Assembly: GCA_037444485.1 (NCBI GenBank)
Contig: JBBIMI010000003.1
Span: forward strand, 1,461-65,460
Length of the DNA: 64,000 nucleotides
Reading direction: 5' to 3'
Source: Candidatus Micrarchaeota archaeon
Lineage (GTDB): Archaea; Micrarchaeota; Micrarchaeia; Norongarragalinales; Norongarragalinaceae
Shown here in pieces: positions 46,913 to 55,661 of this stretch; the stretch's first letter is position 1; each line of letters begins with the position of its first letter. Made by a program: the position numbers and the translations under genes. The notes beneath the pieces were generated by a model that was not told where the DNA came from, searched no databases, and saw only the letters and a program-made list of their open reading frames with translations.

Positions 46913-48022
46913 TTAAACTAATTTAATCAACCGCGTTCTCCCGCGGTCGCCCTTGCTGCTGTCTTTCTCTTCAGTAACAACTAACCGCTTTAACTCCAAG
47001 AGTTTCAAGCACTCGCGGAGAGTCCGTTCGCTCGCAACCCCTTCAAGCAACGAGTACAACTCGCCGCTCTCCAACGGCTTTCCAGCCTCGCGCAACACGC
47101 TTAATACGCTTTCCTCTAAACGCGTCAAGCCCACCAACCGCTTTTCTTTCGACGCATTCAACACTTCCTGCTCGAGAACAGCTTTCCTCGCGTCTGCAAG
47201 CTCAACGACGCACGCGCCCCGCTGTTCAGCATTGCGGCCAGCGTCGTAAAGCGCTTGCAACGCTACTCTCGCGTCCCCGCCTGCCTTCGCGCCGCACGCT
47301 GCACATAAAGCAAGCGCTTCCTTAGACAAAGCGTTTTCGAAAAACGCGGTTGCAGCGCGTTCTAGTAGAATTTGTTTGAGTTGAAGAGGTGAGTACTGCT
47401 TGAACTCGAGCGTCGCCGGTTGAAGCGAGCTTCTCGCGCGCGCGTCGAGTTTTGAAAGCAATTGCGCGTCGTTTGAAACCAGTATTTGCGTGAAGCTCGC
47501 GCCTGAAAGTTCTTTCGCGCGAGCTAAGTCGTACAACACGCGGTCGTTTCCAACGTGCAGCAAGCGGTCGACCTCATCTAGAACCACGACAGCGTTTCTC
47601 CTTGAAATCCGTACAGCTGCAGTAAAACGCTCGAACACTTCGTCTGCAGCTAGCCCGCGGCGCGGAAGCGGTTCTTCAGCAAGAAAAGCGAGTTGCGAGA
47701 AAACCGCGTGGCGGGTCGAATGCTGCCAACAGTTAACGTAGAAACACCACGCTTTGTCGCTGTAGTCACTTAAATCGCGTAGCGCGCGGCGAGTGCTCGC
47801 AGTTTTTCCGCTTCCGGGCGGTCCAAACACGAAGAGGTTGCGTCCTTTCGCGCCAACGCTTTCAGTAATCGGGCGCAGCGCGAGCGCGATTTGAGTTAAC
47901 TCGTTTTCGCGGCCTGGAAGCGTTTCAGGAATAAATTCGGGTTTGAGTGCGTCCTCGTTCGCGAAAACGCCTACGCGTTTTTCAGGCAGCGTAGAAAAAA
48001 CGTTTGGCGTGACGTTCGACAT
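46913..48022 (-). CDS. cdc6: Orc1/Cdc6 replication initiator
   Basis: LPGRE, GPPGSGKT, YVNC, LDEVD, GDAR, C-terminal winged helix. Confidence 0.94.
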   Translation of the reverse strand: MSNVTPNVFSTLPEKRVGVFANEDALKPEFIPETLPGRENELTQIALALRPITESVGAKGRNLFVFGPPGSGKTASTRRALRDLSDYSDKAWCFYVNCWQHSTRHAVFSQLAFLAEEPLPRRGLAADEVFERFTAAVRISRRNAVVVLDEVDRLLHVGNDRVLYDLARAKELSGASFTQILVSNDAQLLSKLDARARSSLQPATLEFKQYSPLQLKQILLERAATAFFENALSKEALALCAACGAKAGGDARVALQALYDAGRNAEQRGACVVELADARKAVLEQEVLNASKEKRLVGLTRLEESVLSVLREAGKPLESGELYSLLEGVASERTLRECLKLLELKRLVVTEEKDSSKGDRGRTRLIKLV

Positions 48023-48119
48023 GAAAATAGTTTAAAGTATTAAGAATTAAAATAAATTGCTTGAAGGTTAAGGTTAAAGGTTGAAACCCAAAAAATATTT
48101 TTAATTATTTATAAATTAT

Positions 48120-48315
48120 TTAAATAACTTATGCTTAAAGGCGCTGGATTCCGGCATGTTGCCGGGCTTGGCGGCTGGCGCCGCCATCAGCGCGCGTAAC
48201 GCGCGCGAAACGCTGCACCTACAAAAAACCGGCAAACAAGTAAAGCGAAACAATTTGATTCATCCGTAGTTGCGTTGCCTGAACTCGCGGAATTCTCAAC
48301 CAAACACGTTAAAAT
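48120..48315 (-). mobile_element. Non-autonomous IS200/IS605-derived structured mini-element, copy 1
   Basis: Near-identical to 53892-54089; its high-coordinate end resembles the tnpA left end at 3093-3141; three internal hairpins. Confidence 0.75.
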
Positions 48316-49013
48316 TATTTAAGTTTACTTTCTTGTTCTGGCCGCGCGTACTCTTCCTCGAAAACCACTTTCTTTAACTCTGGCACGAACTCTAAAGCGA
48401 ACGCGATTGCGCGAAGCTTGCGCGCGACGAAATCAGCGTTTTTCACTGTTTTCGCATCCACGGTCACGCGCGCCACTCCCTCCTTGAAAGAAACATTTTC
48501 AGCCTTCACGCCGAACGCGCCGAGCGCGTCTTCAAACAACGCTGCGAGCTTCTCTTCCGGCTTCTTGAATACTTCCATTACAGTGAAATCGTAATGCAAG
48601 TCTATTCCCGCGAGCTCGTGGTTGAAGTCAACGCGCACGCGACCGCCGCTAACGCTTTGAACGCGCGCCAGCACGCCGTCGATGTCGAGCGTCATTCCAG
48701 CAACCGGAGTCACTCCCTGTTCTATAAACTTTTGCAACGGAATCAAACGCACGAGATTAGGATTACGTTCGCCGAACCCTGCATCGCGCGGCACGTCCAC
48801 GCTCTTCCTCACGCCTTTTTCCGCGCCCACCACCGCAGCGTCGAGTCCCTTCACTAACTGGTTTTTGCCTGCGACTACGAGAACTGGTTTGCCGCCGCGA
48901 GTAGAGTCGAATTCTCTTCCATCACTCGTCTTTCCAGAGTAATCGAGTTTTACGAAGTCTCCCGTGTTTACTATTGTTGGTGTTGTTGAAGCGATTTTCA
49001 TCACCTTTTTCAC
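48315..49013 (-). CDS. slyD: FKBP-type peptidyl-prolyl isomerase (SlyD-like long type)
   Basis: GDFVKLDYSG, FDST, GFGER, GRVRVDFNHELAG. Confidence 0.93.
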   Translation of the reverse strand: MKKVMKIASTTPTIVNTGDFVKLDYSGKTSDGREFDSTRGGKPVLVVAGKNQLVKGLDAAVVGAEKGVRKSVDVPRDAGFGERNPNLVRLIPLQKFIEQGVTPVAGMTLDIDGVLARVQSVSGGRVRVDFNHELAGIDLHYDFTVMEVFKKPEEKLAALFEDALGAFGVKAENVSFKEGVARVTVDAKTVKNADFVARKLRAIAFALEFVPELKKVVFEEEYARPEQESKLK

Positions 49014-49723
49014 GCGCTTGAGTTTAAAGAATTTGAAGCGTTTGCAGAAGCGTTTTGCGTCGAATTCGCGGTAATCACTTCCATAGCAGGTTGCGTTACT
49101 GTGGGCGGCGAGGGAGTCGGAAAGTATACTTGTTCCACGCGGAGTTCTGAAACTTCTTGCAGCTTGTCGCCCAAGAAAACCATTTTGCCAACCAATAACA
49201 ACTTCAGCGTTTCATTAACTTGCGCGCTCGCGTCAATCGCGCCATTCAAGCCGCGTGAAAAAACGCTTGCTTCCACGTTCTTCGACGCGCCGAGCGAAGT
49301 CGAGCTCTTGAAGCTTAAAGTCTTGTCAGTCAAGCGAAGGGTTGCGCTGCGTAGAACGCGGTAGTCGCTGCATTTCGGCGCGAGTTCCTCGTTCAACCTC
49401 GTTATCGCCGAATCAGCTTGCGACTCGTTGAAAGCCAACAATGTAATCAAATCTGAAAGTTGTTTCGAATCAGTTATTCCAGGTATTTTGGAGTAGAAAT
49501 CTTGCGGCAGCGGGACCGACGCGTTACAGTAAGCAAGACCTTGGTTCGAGAAAGAAACTACTACGCCGTTCGCAATCGCGCTGCCTTCAAACAGTTCAGC
49601 TTGCGGTGTTGGCGAAACGCTTGCTTGCTGGGAAACAAACATTAAGGGCCAAAAGAATTCAATAACGAAAAACACTATCAATGCGATGGTGCCCCAGTAA
49701 ACCAAGTTTTTGTTTAAAGCCAT
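49010..49723 (-). CDS. Hypothetical membrane-anchored extracellular protein
   Basis: N-terminal TM; P/T/S/N-rich tail with NxS/T sequons. Confidence 0.75.
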   Translation of the reverse strand: MALNKNLVYWGTIALIVFFVIEFFWPLMFVSQQASVSPTPQAELFEGSAIANGVVVSFSNQGLAYCNASVPLPQDFYSKIPGITDSKQLSDLITLLAFNESQADSAITRLNEELAPKCSDYRVLRSATLRLTDKTLSFKSSTSLGASKNVEASVFSRGLNGAIDASAQVNETLKLLLVGKMVFLGDKLQEVSELRVEQVYFPTPSPPTVTQPAMEVITANSTQNASANASNSLNSSA

Positions 49724-49906
49724 TTTTTCTTCACACTAACTTTTTCTTCACACTAACTCAATCCAACTTTTCTTCACACTAACACGGCAGACATGACTCA
49801 GCGCATAACTCAGTGCAACTCTTGTTTTACTTGTTTTAGTAACTCTTGTTTTACTTAACTTGGTCTTGACTCGTTTCGCTTGACTTGGTTTTATTAACCC
49901 TCGATT

Positions 49907-50401
49907 TTATTGGTTTAAGAGAGAGTCGAACGCTCCTGCCTCGAGTTCCTTCAACGCTTGTTTCGCTGGCTTGCCTTCAACTTGCGCGCCCATGCTAACG
50001 CAAGTTCCGAGAACCTCTTTCACCGCTTTCTTGAGGTTCCGCGCGAGGAATGCGTCACCCTTCATTCTCGCGATTTTAACGCATTGTTGCATCGAGAGGC
50101 TTCCGATAGGTTTTTTACCCTTCACTCCAGGCTCTTCTTTTACTGGAGCTGTTAATCCGAGTTCTTTTTTTATGAGCGCGCTTACTGGCGGCGTGCCTAC
50201 TTCAATTTCGAAACTCTTTTTTTCTCTGTCAACGATTACTTTCACTGGAACCTGTATTCCTGTAAACTCTTTAGTTTTTTCATTGATTTCCGCGATTACT
50301 TGCCCAACGTTCACGCCAGTCGGCCCCAAGCCCGGCCCCAGCGGCGAGCCCGCAGTCGCTTTTCCGCCTTCAACGAGCGCTTGAATAATCGTTTTAACCA
50401 A
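49907..50401 (-). CDS. rpl11: 50S ribosomal protein uL11
   Basis: GGKATAGSPLGP, GTPPVSALI, GTCVSMG. Confidence 0.97.
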   Translation of the reverse strand: MVKTIIQALVEGGKATAGSPLGPGLGPTGVNVGQVIAEINEKTKEFTGIQVPVKVIVDREKKSFEIEVGTPPVSALIKKELGLTAPVKEEPGVKGKKPIGSLSMQQCVKIARMKGDAFLARNLKKAVKEVLGTCVSMGAQVEGKPAKQALKELEAGAFDSLLNQ

Positions 50402-50463
50402 TTTTTCACCTCGAAAAACCCTGAAGAGTGTTTTGGGTGCGAAAGACAGCGGACAGCAATCGC

Positions 50464-50898
50464 TTACTGCGGCAAGACTTTAATAGTACTGAGTTTTATG
50501 GTTACAGGAATAGGCACCGCGACTTCAACGAGTTCAACTGTAACGTCTTCCTTTTCCTTGTTGATGCGCACCACCTTCGCTTTTTCGCCTTTGAAAGGAC
50601 CGCTTGTAATCTCAATCAAGTCTCCTTTATTTAGTTGGAGTTCCTGCGGCTTGCTTTCAAGCAGTTCCTTGATTTCGCTCGGCGCGATCGCGTGCGGGAG
50701 AATGCCCTTGACGTGCGGAACGCTGGTGACTAGCTTCTTGGCTTCCGCCTCGTTCGGCGATTCGACGATGAGATAGCCTTTCAGGCGCGGCGAGACGATG
50801 AGCGCGTTTACCGGCGAGTGCGACTTGCGCACTTTTTCCTGCAGCAAGTCTGCAACCATTCCTTCTTGCCCTGCGGTGACTCTGTAGGCGAACAACAT
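50464..50898 (-). CDS. spt5: Transcription elongation factor Spt5
   Basis: NGN domain (GQE, KGY) and KOW motif GDLIEITSGPFKGE. Confidence 0.96.
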   Translation of the reverse strand: MLFAYRVTAGQEGMVADLLQEKVRKSHSPVNALIVSPRLKGYLIVESPNEAEAKKLVTSVPHVKGILPHAIAPSEIKELLESKPQELQLNKGDLIEITSGPFKGEKAKVVRINKEKEDVTVELVEVAVPIPVTIKLSTIKVLPQ

Positions 50899-50936
50899 TT
50901 TCTGAAATCAACCTCGCGAAAAACGGTGTCAACGGT

Positions 50937-51140
50937 TTAACGGTTTTTGATGAGGAAAGCAATCATCGAGATTATGAAGCCGACGATTCCGATTACAGCC
51001 ATTCCGATTGCAGTGGTTAAAGCCATTTGCTTGTATTCGGGCCTCCGCGGCTTGTGCGTGATTGCAATCACGCGAAGGCTCTGCTCGTAGAACGAGCGCA
51101 GCCCGCTTTCGACGTTCTGAAAAAACGAGTTGAAATTCAT
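50937..51140 (-). CDS. secE: Preprotein translocase SecE/Sec61-gamma
   Basis: RV...KP...EY plus TM helix; ftsZ-secE-spt5-rpl11 order. Confidence 0.93.
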   Translation of the reverse strand: MNFNSFFQNVESGLRSFYEQSLRVIAITHKPRRPEYKQMALTTAIGMAVIGIVGFIISMIAFLIKNR

Positions 51141-51179
51141 TTTTCCGCTTGAAACCCCGCTTCATCTCACTCGATGAAT

Positions 51180-52286
51180 TCACTCGATGAATTCGATATT
51201 CAATTCTTCAGCAGCGGCTTGTTCTCCGGCTGGGCGTTCCTTCAATCCCGAAAGTACTGCGAGAACGCGCACCGCATGGTTTTCAAGCTCGTCGTCAATA
51301 GCCGCCCCCCAAATCACGTGCGAGTCTTTCGAAATCTTCGAGCTTATCGCTTGCACCGCAGCTTCAGCCTCGCCGAGAGTCATGTCGCTGCCGCCAGTAA
51401 TGTTTATTAACGCCTTTCCCGCTTGCTTCAAGTCCAAGTCAAGCAACGGCGACGCTAACGCTTTCTCAGCCGCTTGAACAACGCGGTTGCGTTGGTCCGC
51501 GCTTCCCACTTCACCCAACCCGATCATCGCGCTCCCGCTTTTTTCAAGAATCGTGCGCACGTCCGCGAAGTCGAGGTTTACGAGTCCAGGCTTGGTGATG
51601 AGTTCAGTAATGCCTTTCACCGCGTTCGTCAACACGCTGTCAGACACTTTAAACGCAGCATTAAGCGGCAAGTCTGAAACAAACAACAAGAGCTTGTCGT
51701 TTGGAATCGCGATTGTAGTGTCGGCCTCTTTCTTGAGTTTCTCGAGTCCTTCAAGCGCGTTACGCATTCTCTTCGTGCCTTCTGAAGTGAACGGCAGGGT
51801 AACCACGCCGATTACGAGCGCGCCTGCTTCTTTCGCGACGCGCGCGATTACGTGCGCGCTGCCGGTGCCTGTCCCGCCCCCCATTCCACACGTTACGAAA
51901 ACCAAGTCCTTGCCTTGAAGCAAGTCGCGAATCTCTTGCTCTGCCTCGAGTGCAGCAGCCTCGCCGACTTCAGGATTGCTTCCGGCCCCAAGCCCGCGGG
52001 TTTTCTTCTTGCCGAGCAGCAGGCGCTTGTCCGCACTCGTGTTAAGCAAGTGTTGAGCGTCAGTGTTCATGGCGTAAAGCTTTGCGCCAGCGATGCCGAC
52101 TTCAGTCATTCGGTTTATCGTGTTGCTTCCGCTTCCGCCAGTGCCGACTACAACGACTTTCGGCACGCTTTGCTTCAAGAACTCGAGCAGTTCCTCGTCC
52201 TCCTTACTCGCAGGCTTTCCGCCTTCAATTATTGCCGAGTGCTTGTTTTGAAACATGTTGCCGGAGTCTTCCATTCGAATACGCAC
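51180..52286 (-). CDS. ftsZ: Cell division protein FtsZ
   Basis: NTDAQ, GAGSNP, GGGTGTG, NLDFADV. Confidence 0.97.
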   Translation of the reverse strand: MRIRMEDSGNMFQNKHSAIIEGGKPASKEDEELLEFLKQSVPKVVVVGTGGSGSNTINRMTEVGIAGAKLYAMNTDAQHLLNTSADKRLLLGKKKTRGLGAGSNPEVGEAAALEAEQEIRDLLQGKDLVFVTCGMGGGTGTGSAHVIARVAKEAGALVIGVVTLPFTSEGTKRMRNALEGLEKLKKEADTTIAIPNDKLLLFVSDLPLNAAFKVSDSVLTNAVKGITELITKPGLVNLDFADVRTILEKSGSAMIGLGEVGSADQRNRVVQAAEKALASPLLDLDLKQAGKALINITGGSDMTLGEAEAAVQAISSKISKDSHVIWGAAIDDELENHAVRVLAVLSGLKERPAGEQAAAEELNIEFIE

Positions 52287-52407
52287 CTTCTTTTTTTGGT
52301 TTCTTCCCGCTCAAGAGTAAGGGATTTAATACCAAACGCTATTTTATTGAATGAAGGTAGTTAAAAACCCTTGCGTTGCCAGAACGCGTTTCAAAGGCGA
52401 ATCAAAA

Positions 52408-53370
52408 ATGCTGCACGAAGTGAAAAAAGTTTTCGAAAACATTCGCTCTCTCAAGATTCAGGGCGCTGAAAACGTGGCGAGCGCAAGCGTGGACGCGCTT
52501 GCGGCAAGCGCTGCAGCCTCGAAAGCGCGCGACAAGAAGACGTTCGTGAAAGAAGTGCGGCAAACTATTTCCTTCCTGAAAAGCGCGCGGCCAACCGAGC
52601 CAGCGTTACGCAACGCCCTGCGTTTCGTGTTGCTGCAAGTACTGAAAAGCGAAGCGCGAGACGTTGGCGAGCTCAAGTTGTTAGTGCAGCAGGAAGCACG
52701 CGATTACCACAAGCGCTCGCTCGAAACCAAACTCAAGATTGCCGAGTACGGCGCGCGCTTGATTCCAAAAAACGCGAACGTCTTGATTCACTGTCATTCT
52801 TCTACTGTAATGCGCGTTTTAAAGAAAGCGTTCGACGACCACAAGAACCCGACAGTCTACTGCCTCGAAAGCCGCCCGCTTTACCAAGGACGGGAGAGCG
52901 CTGCCGAGTTGAGCGCTTACGGCTTGAATACTGTACTCGCAGTCGACAACGCGAACTCCTGGATCCTCCGCTCCATGCGCGACACTGACTTGGTGCTTGT
53001 TGGCGCTGACGCTATTACCAGTGAAGGCGACTTAATCAACAAAATCGGCACCGCGCCACTAGCGATTGCTGCTAGAGAACACGACAAGAAGCTTTACGCG
53101 TGCAGTGGAACGCACAAGTTCGACCCCCTCACGTTGTGGGGCGAAGGAGAAAAAATCGAGGAACGTGCTGCAAAAGAAGTTTTAAGCAACACTGAAGCAA
53201 GAAAGTGGAAGATAAACAGACGCAAACTCAAAATCATTAATCCCGCGTTCGACTTGGTTGAAGCAAAGTACGTTACAGCGTTCGTCACAGAACTCGGCGT
53301 CATTCCACCACAGAGTTTTCTTTCCGTCGTGTGGAAGGAATTCGAACTCGACAAGAAAGGCACGTATTGA
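52408..53370 (+). CDS. Ribose-1,5-bisphosphate isomerase (eIF2B-like family)
   Basis: KIQGA, RPTEP, HCHS, ESRP..QG, GADAI, NKIGT, NPAFD; ATG 52408. Confidence 0.88.
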   Translation: MLHEVKKVFENIRSLKIQGAENVASASVDALAASAAASKARDKKTFVKEVRQTISFLKSARPTEPALRNALRFVLLQVLKSEARDVGELKLLVQQEARDYHKRSLETKLKIAEYGARLIPKNANVLIHCHSSTVMRVLKKAFDDHKNPTVYCLESRPLYQGRESAAELSAYGLNTVLAVDNANSWILRSMRDTDLVLVGADAITSEGDLINKIGTAPLAIAAREHDKKLYACSGTHKFDPLTLWGEGEKIEERAAKEVLSNTEARKWKINRRKLKIINPAFDLVEAKYVTAFVTELGVIPPQSFLSVVWKEFELDKKGTY

Positions 53371-53542
53371 ATCGCATTGAAATCGCATCAAATTACACTA
53401 AACACGAATTGCTTGAAAAAATTAGTAAAAGAAAGAAAACAACGAGAGTCAGAAAACCTGCAGAAAAATGAGAGAAAAGCGAGAACCTGTGAAAAAAGGC
53501 GAACAAAAACAAAAGCCGAACAAAAACATTTGTTTAACGGGT

Positions 53543-53860
53543 TTAATCACTCCATTTCTTGTCCGGGTGTTTTTTCTTAAGCGACTCTAACAGTGTTTTC
53601 AAGTTTTTTTTAGGCATGCGTTGACAAACGTGAATAAAGCCAGCATAGTCTCCGAACTCCTCGCTCGACAGAAGCTCGTATTTTCCCGCTTTCTTTGATT
53701 TAACGTATTTCTGTAGGCTCCAATCGTTCGGCAGCAACTTTCCGACATGCAGTCCAATAACAGAACGAGATTCATCTTCGTTGACTTTAATCACGTAGTT
53801 CTTGCCATCATGCCGCAGAATCTCGTAAAACCCCATAAAAACCAATCCTCCAGCATTCAA
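53543..53860 (-). CDS. Hypothetical protein (105 aa or shorter)
   Basis: ORF with GGAGG before an internal ATG; lies next to mini-element copy 2. Confidence 0.6.
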   Translation of the reverse strand: MNAGGLVFMGFYEILRHDGKNYVIKVNEDESRSVIGLHVGKLLPNDWSLQKYVKSKKAGKYELLSSEEFGDYAGFIHVCQRMPKKNLKTLLESLKKKHPDKKWSD

Positions 53861-53891
53861 CCACTCAAAAAATGATTATTTTTTACGCCCA

Positions 53892-54089
53892 TTAAATAAC
53901 TTACGCTTAAAGGCGGAAATTCCGGCACGCTGCCAGGCTTGGCGGCTGGCGCCGCCATCAGCGCGCGTAACGCGCGCGAAACGCTGCACCTACAAAAAAC
54001 CGGCAAACAAGTAAAGCGAAACAATTTGATTCATCCGTAGTTTATGCGTTGCCTGAACTCGCGAATTTCTCAGCCAAACACGTTAAAAT
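53892..54089 (-). mobile_element. Non-autonomous IS200/IS605-derived structured mini-element, copy 2
   Basis: About 100-nt core identical to copy 1; differences confined to the ends. Confidence 0.75.
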
Positions 54090-54117
54090 AGTTAAAATAA
54101 ATTATTTCACAATTATT

Positions 54118-54975
54118 TCACGAGAAAACCAAGCTCGCGAAGGCGAGCAACCCCAAGCCAAGCGCATATAGAGAGTAATTCCGCACGCGTTTGAAGACCC
54201 GCGCGTCCTTCCCTAAAATCATTATTTTAGTAACCACCAACCAAAAAACGTCCGCCAGAATAACGAGAACGACGTAAGGAATGAAGAAAACCACTAACAA
54301 TGGCAGGAAACTCACCGCAACCGCAAAGTAAATCAACGTGCTCGCGAGAATTACAGTCTTACGCCTTCCTAAAAGCATGGGGAGCGTCAGCATTCCAGCC
54401 TTGCGGTCGCCCTTCACGTCCCGCAACGTTATCAATAATTCGCGTCCCAAGCCTGAAGCGAAAGCCATCAACGCGAACGCGAGCACGAAAAAATTCAAGT
54501 TAGAGAGCGAGTCTACAAGCGCAGCGTTGCCGTAAACGAATGCGATGCTCATGCTGCTTGCAATGAATGCGTTGCCTAAGAGCGGAATGCGTTTGAGGTG
54601 CGAGTCGTAGAAAATCGAGAGTACTGCGAATGCGAGACCGATTGCAAACGCAGTGTTGTTTACGAGAGTCAAGCTAGCCAAGCCAAGAACGTAGAAAAAC
54701 ATTGCAGAATAAAGCGCGTGCACGCGCTTTATTTTTCCGGAAACCAGTGGGCGGTCGAAACGCTTGTTGGCCTTATCGCTTTGAAAACCAAGGTAATCGT
54801 TAAGCGCAAAAGACGCGAGTACTATGAAGAAAGGCGCGATTGCTGGAATCAAGAATGCAGGCATAAAGCTTTTTGCAGCTATCGCTTCAGCCATTACGAC
54901 CGCAAAAGCTGTTAAAAAAGCGTGTTCGGCGCGAGTCAAACGCCACCAGTTTTTCAAAACGCTCACAAAAACCAT
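54118..54975 (-). CDS. UbiA prenyltransferase (DGGGP synthase-like)
   Basis: LTR, NDY...DKANK..RPLVSG, GRE....RDVKGD; ATG 54975. Confidence 0.9.
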   Translation of the reverse strand: MVFVSVLKNWWRLTRAEHAFLTAFAVVMAEAIAAKSFMPAFLIPAIAPFFIVLASFALNDYLGFQSDKANKRFDRPLVSGKIKRVHALYSAMFFYVLGLASLTLVNNTAFAIGLAFAVLSIFYDSHLKRIPLLGNAFIASSMSIAFVYGNAALVDSLSNLNFFVLAFALMAFASGLGRELLITLRDVKGDRKAGMLTLPMLLGRRKTVILASTLIYFAVAVSFLPLLVVFFIPYVVLVILADVFWLVVTKIMILGKDARVFKRVRNYSLYALGLGLLAFASLVFS

Positions 54976-54989
54976 GCTCGCAAGTTTTC

Positions 54990-55463
54990 TCACAAGTTTT
55001 TCCCGTAAACAAGTATCGTCTTGTCCCACAATCTCTTGTTGAAAACGCCTTCTTCGACGAATCCCTCGCGTTCGTAAAGCCTTCTCGCACGCGAGTTGTC
55101 CTCGCTGACCAAGAGCGTGACTCGCTTTAACCCTTTTTCTTTCACGCGCGCTATAGCGCGATGCAGCAAACGCGTTCCAATTCCTTTGCCTCGAAACTCT
55201 TCGAGAACCGCTAGCCCGAGAATGCGGGGCGAGTTGTTGCTAAAGTCTACGTCAACGAAGCCAATAGTGTGGCCGTCTAAAAGAGCGACGTAGTACTCGA
55301 TGTTCTTGTTTTTAAAGCGTTCGAGGACGGAATTCATGTTGAACTTCAAGTAAGGGAAAAACTTGCGCGTCAACACCGTGATCGAATACGCGTGCTTCAA
55401 GCTCGGGCGCGTGATGATTACTTCCTCCAAAATGTTTTGCTCCAAAACAAACCGACCCCACAC
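54990..55463 (-). CDS. GNAT family N-acetyltransferase
   Basis: LAV..EFRGKGIG, N..A..LYEREGF. Confidence 0.9.
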   Translation of the reverse strand: MWGRFVLEQNILEEVIITRPSLKHAYSITVLTRKFFPYLKFNMNSVLERFKNKNIEYYVALLDGHTIGFVDVDFSNNSPRILGLAVLEEFRGKGIGTRLLHRAIARVKEKGLKRVTLLVSEDNSRARRLYEREGFVEEGVFNKRLWDKTILVYGKNL

Positions 55464-55503
55464 AATTTATTATAATCCGCTGTTATAAAAATTACTTGCA
55501 AAC

Positions 55504-55613
55504 AGCCCCGTCGTATAGTGGTCAAACAGCTTTCCAGCAAAAAAAAGAGAAAGCTGGACTTCGTATGCGGGCCTCTGGAGCCTGAGACGGCGGTTCGAAT
55601 CCGCCCGGGGCTA
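55504..55613 (+). tRNA. tRNA-Gln(CUG) with 37-nt D-loop intron (about 21/22; 55526-55562)
   Basis: Acceptor AGCCCCG/CGGGGCT (A1-U72), anticodon arm CGGGC-CTCTGGA-GCCTG, TTCGAAT; BHB helix GGTC/GACT, intron stem CAGCTTTC/GAAAGCTG. Confidence 0.92.
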
Positions 55614-55661
55614 CTCTCTTTTAAAAAAAACGCTTGCGTAACAATTCTCAGGTGCGGCGCA

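Noticed and set aside
48023..48125. Replication origin upstream of cdc6
   Set aside because: An AT-rich tract is present but I found no ORB motif (TCCA..GGAA plus G-string). The adjacent repeat also occurs at 53.9 kb. Not excluded, but unsupported.
48120..48315. SRP RNA or RNase P RNA
   Set aside because: No SRP helix-8 motif or RNase P conserved regions were recognised; it is duplicated and has IS-like ends.
55518..55661. N-terminal 48 aa of the channel ORF
   Set aside because: Overlaps tRNA-Gln; ATG 55662 is the plausible start.
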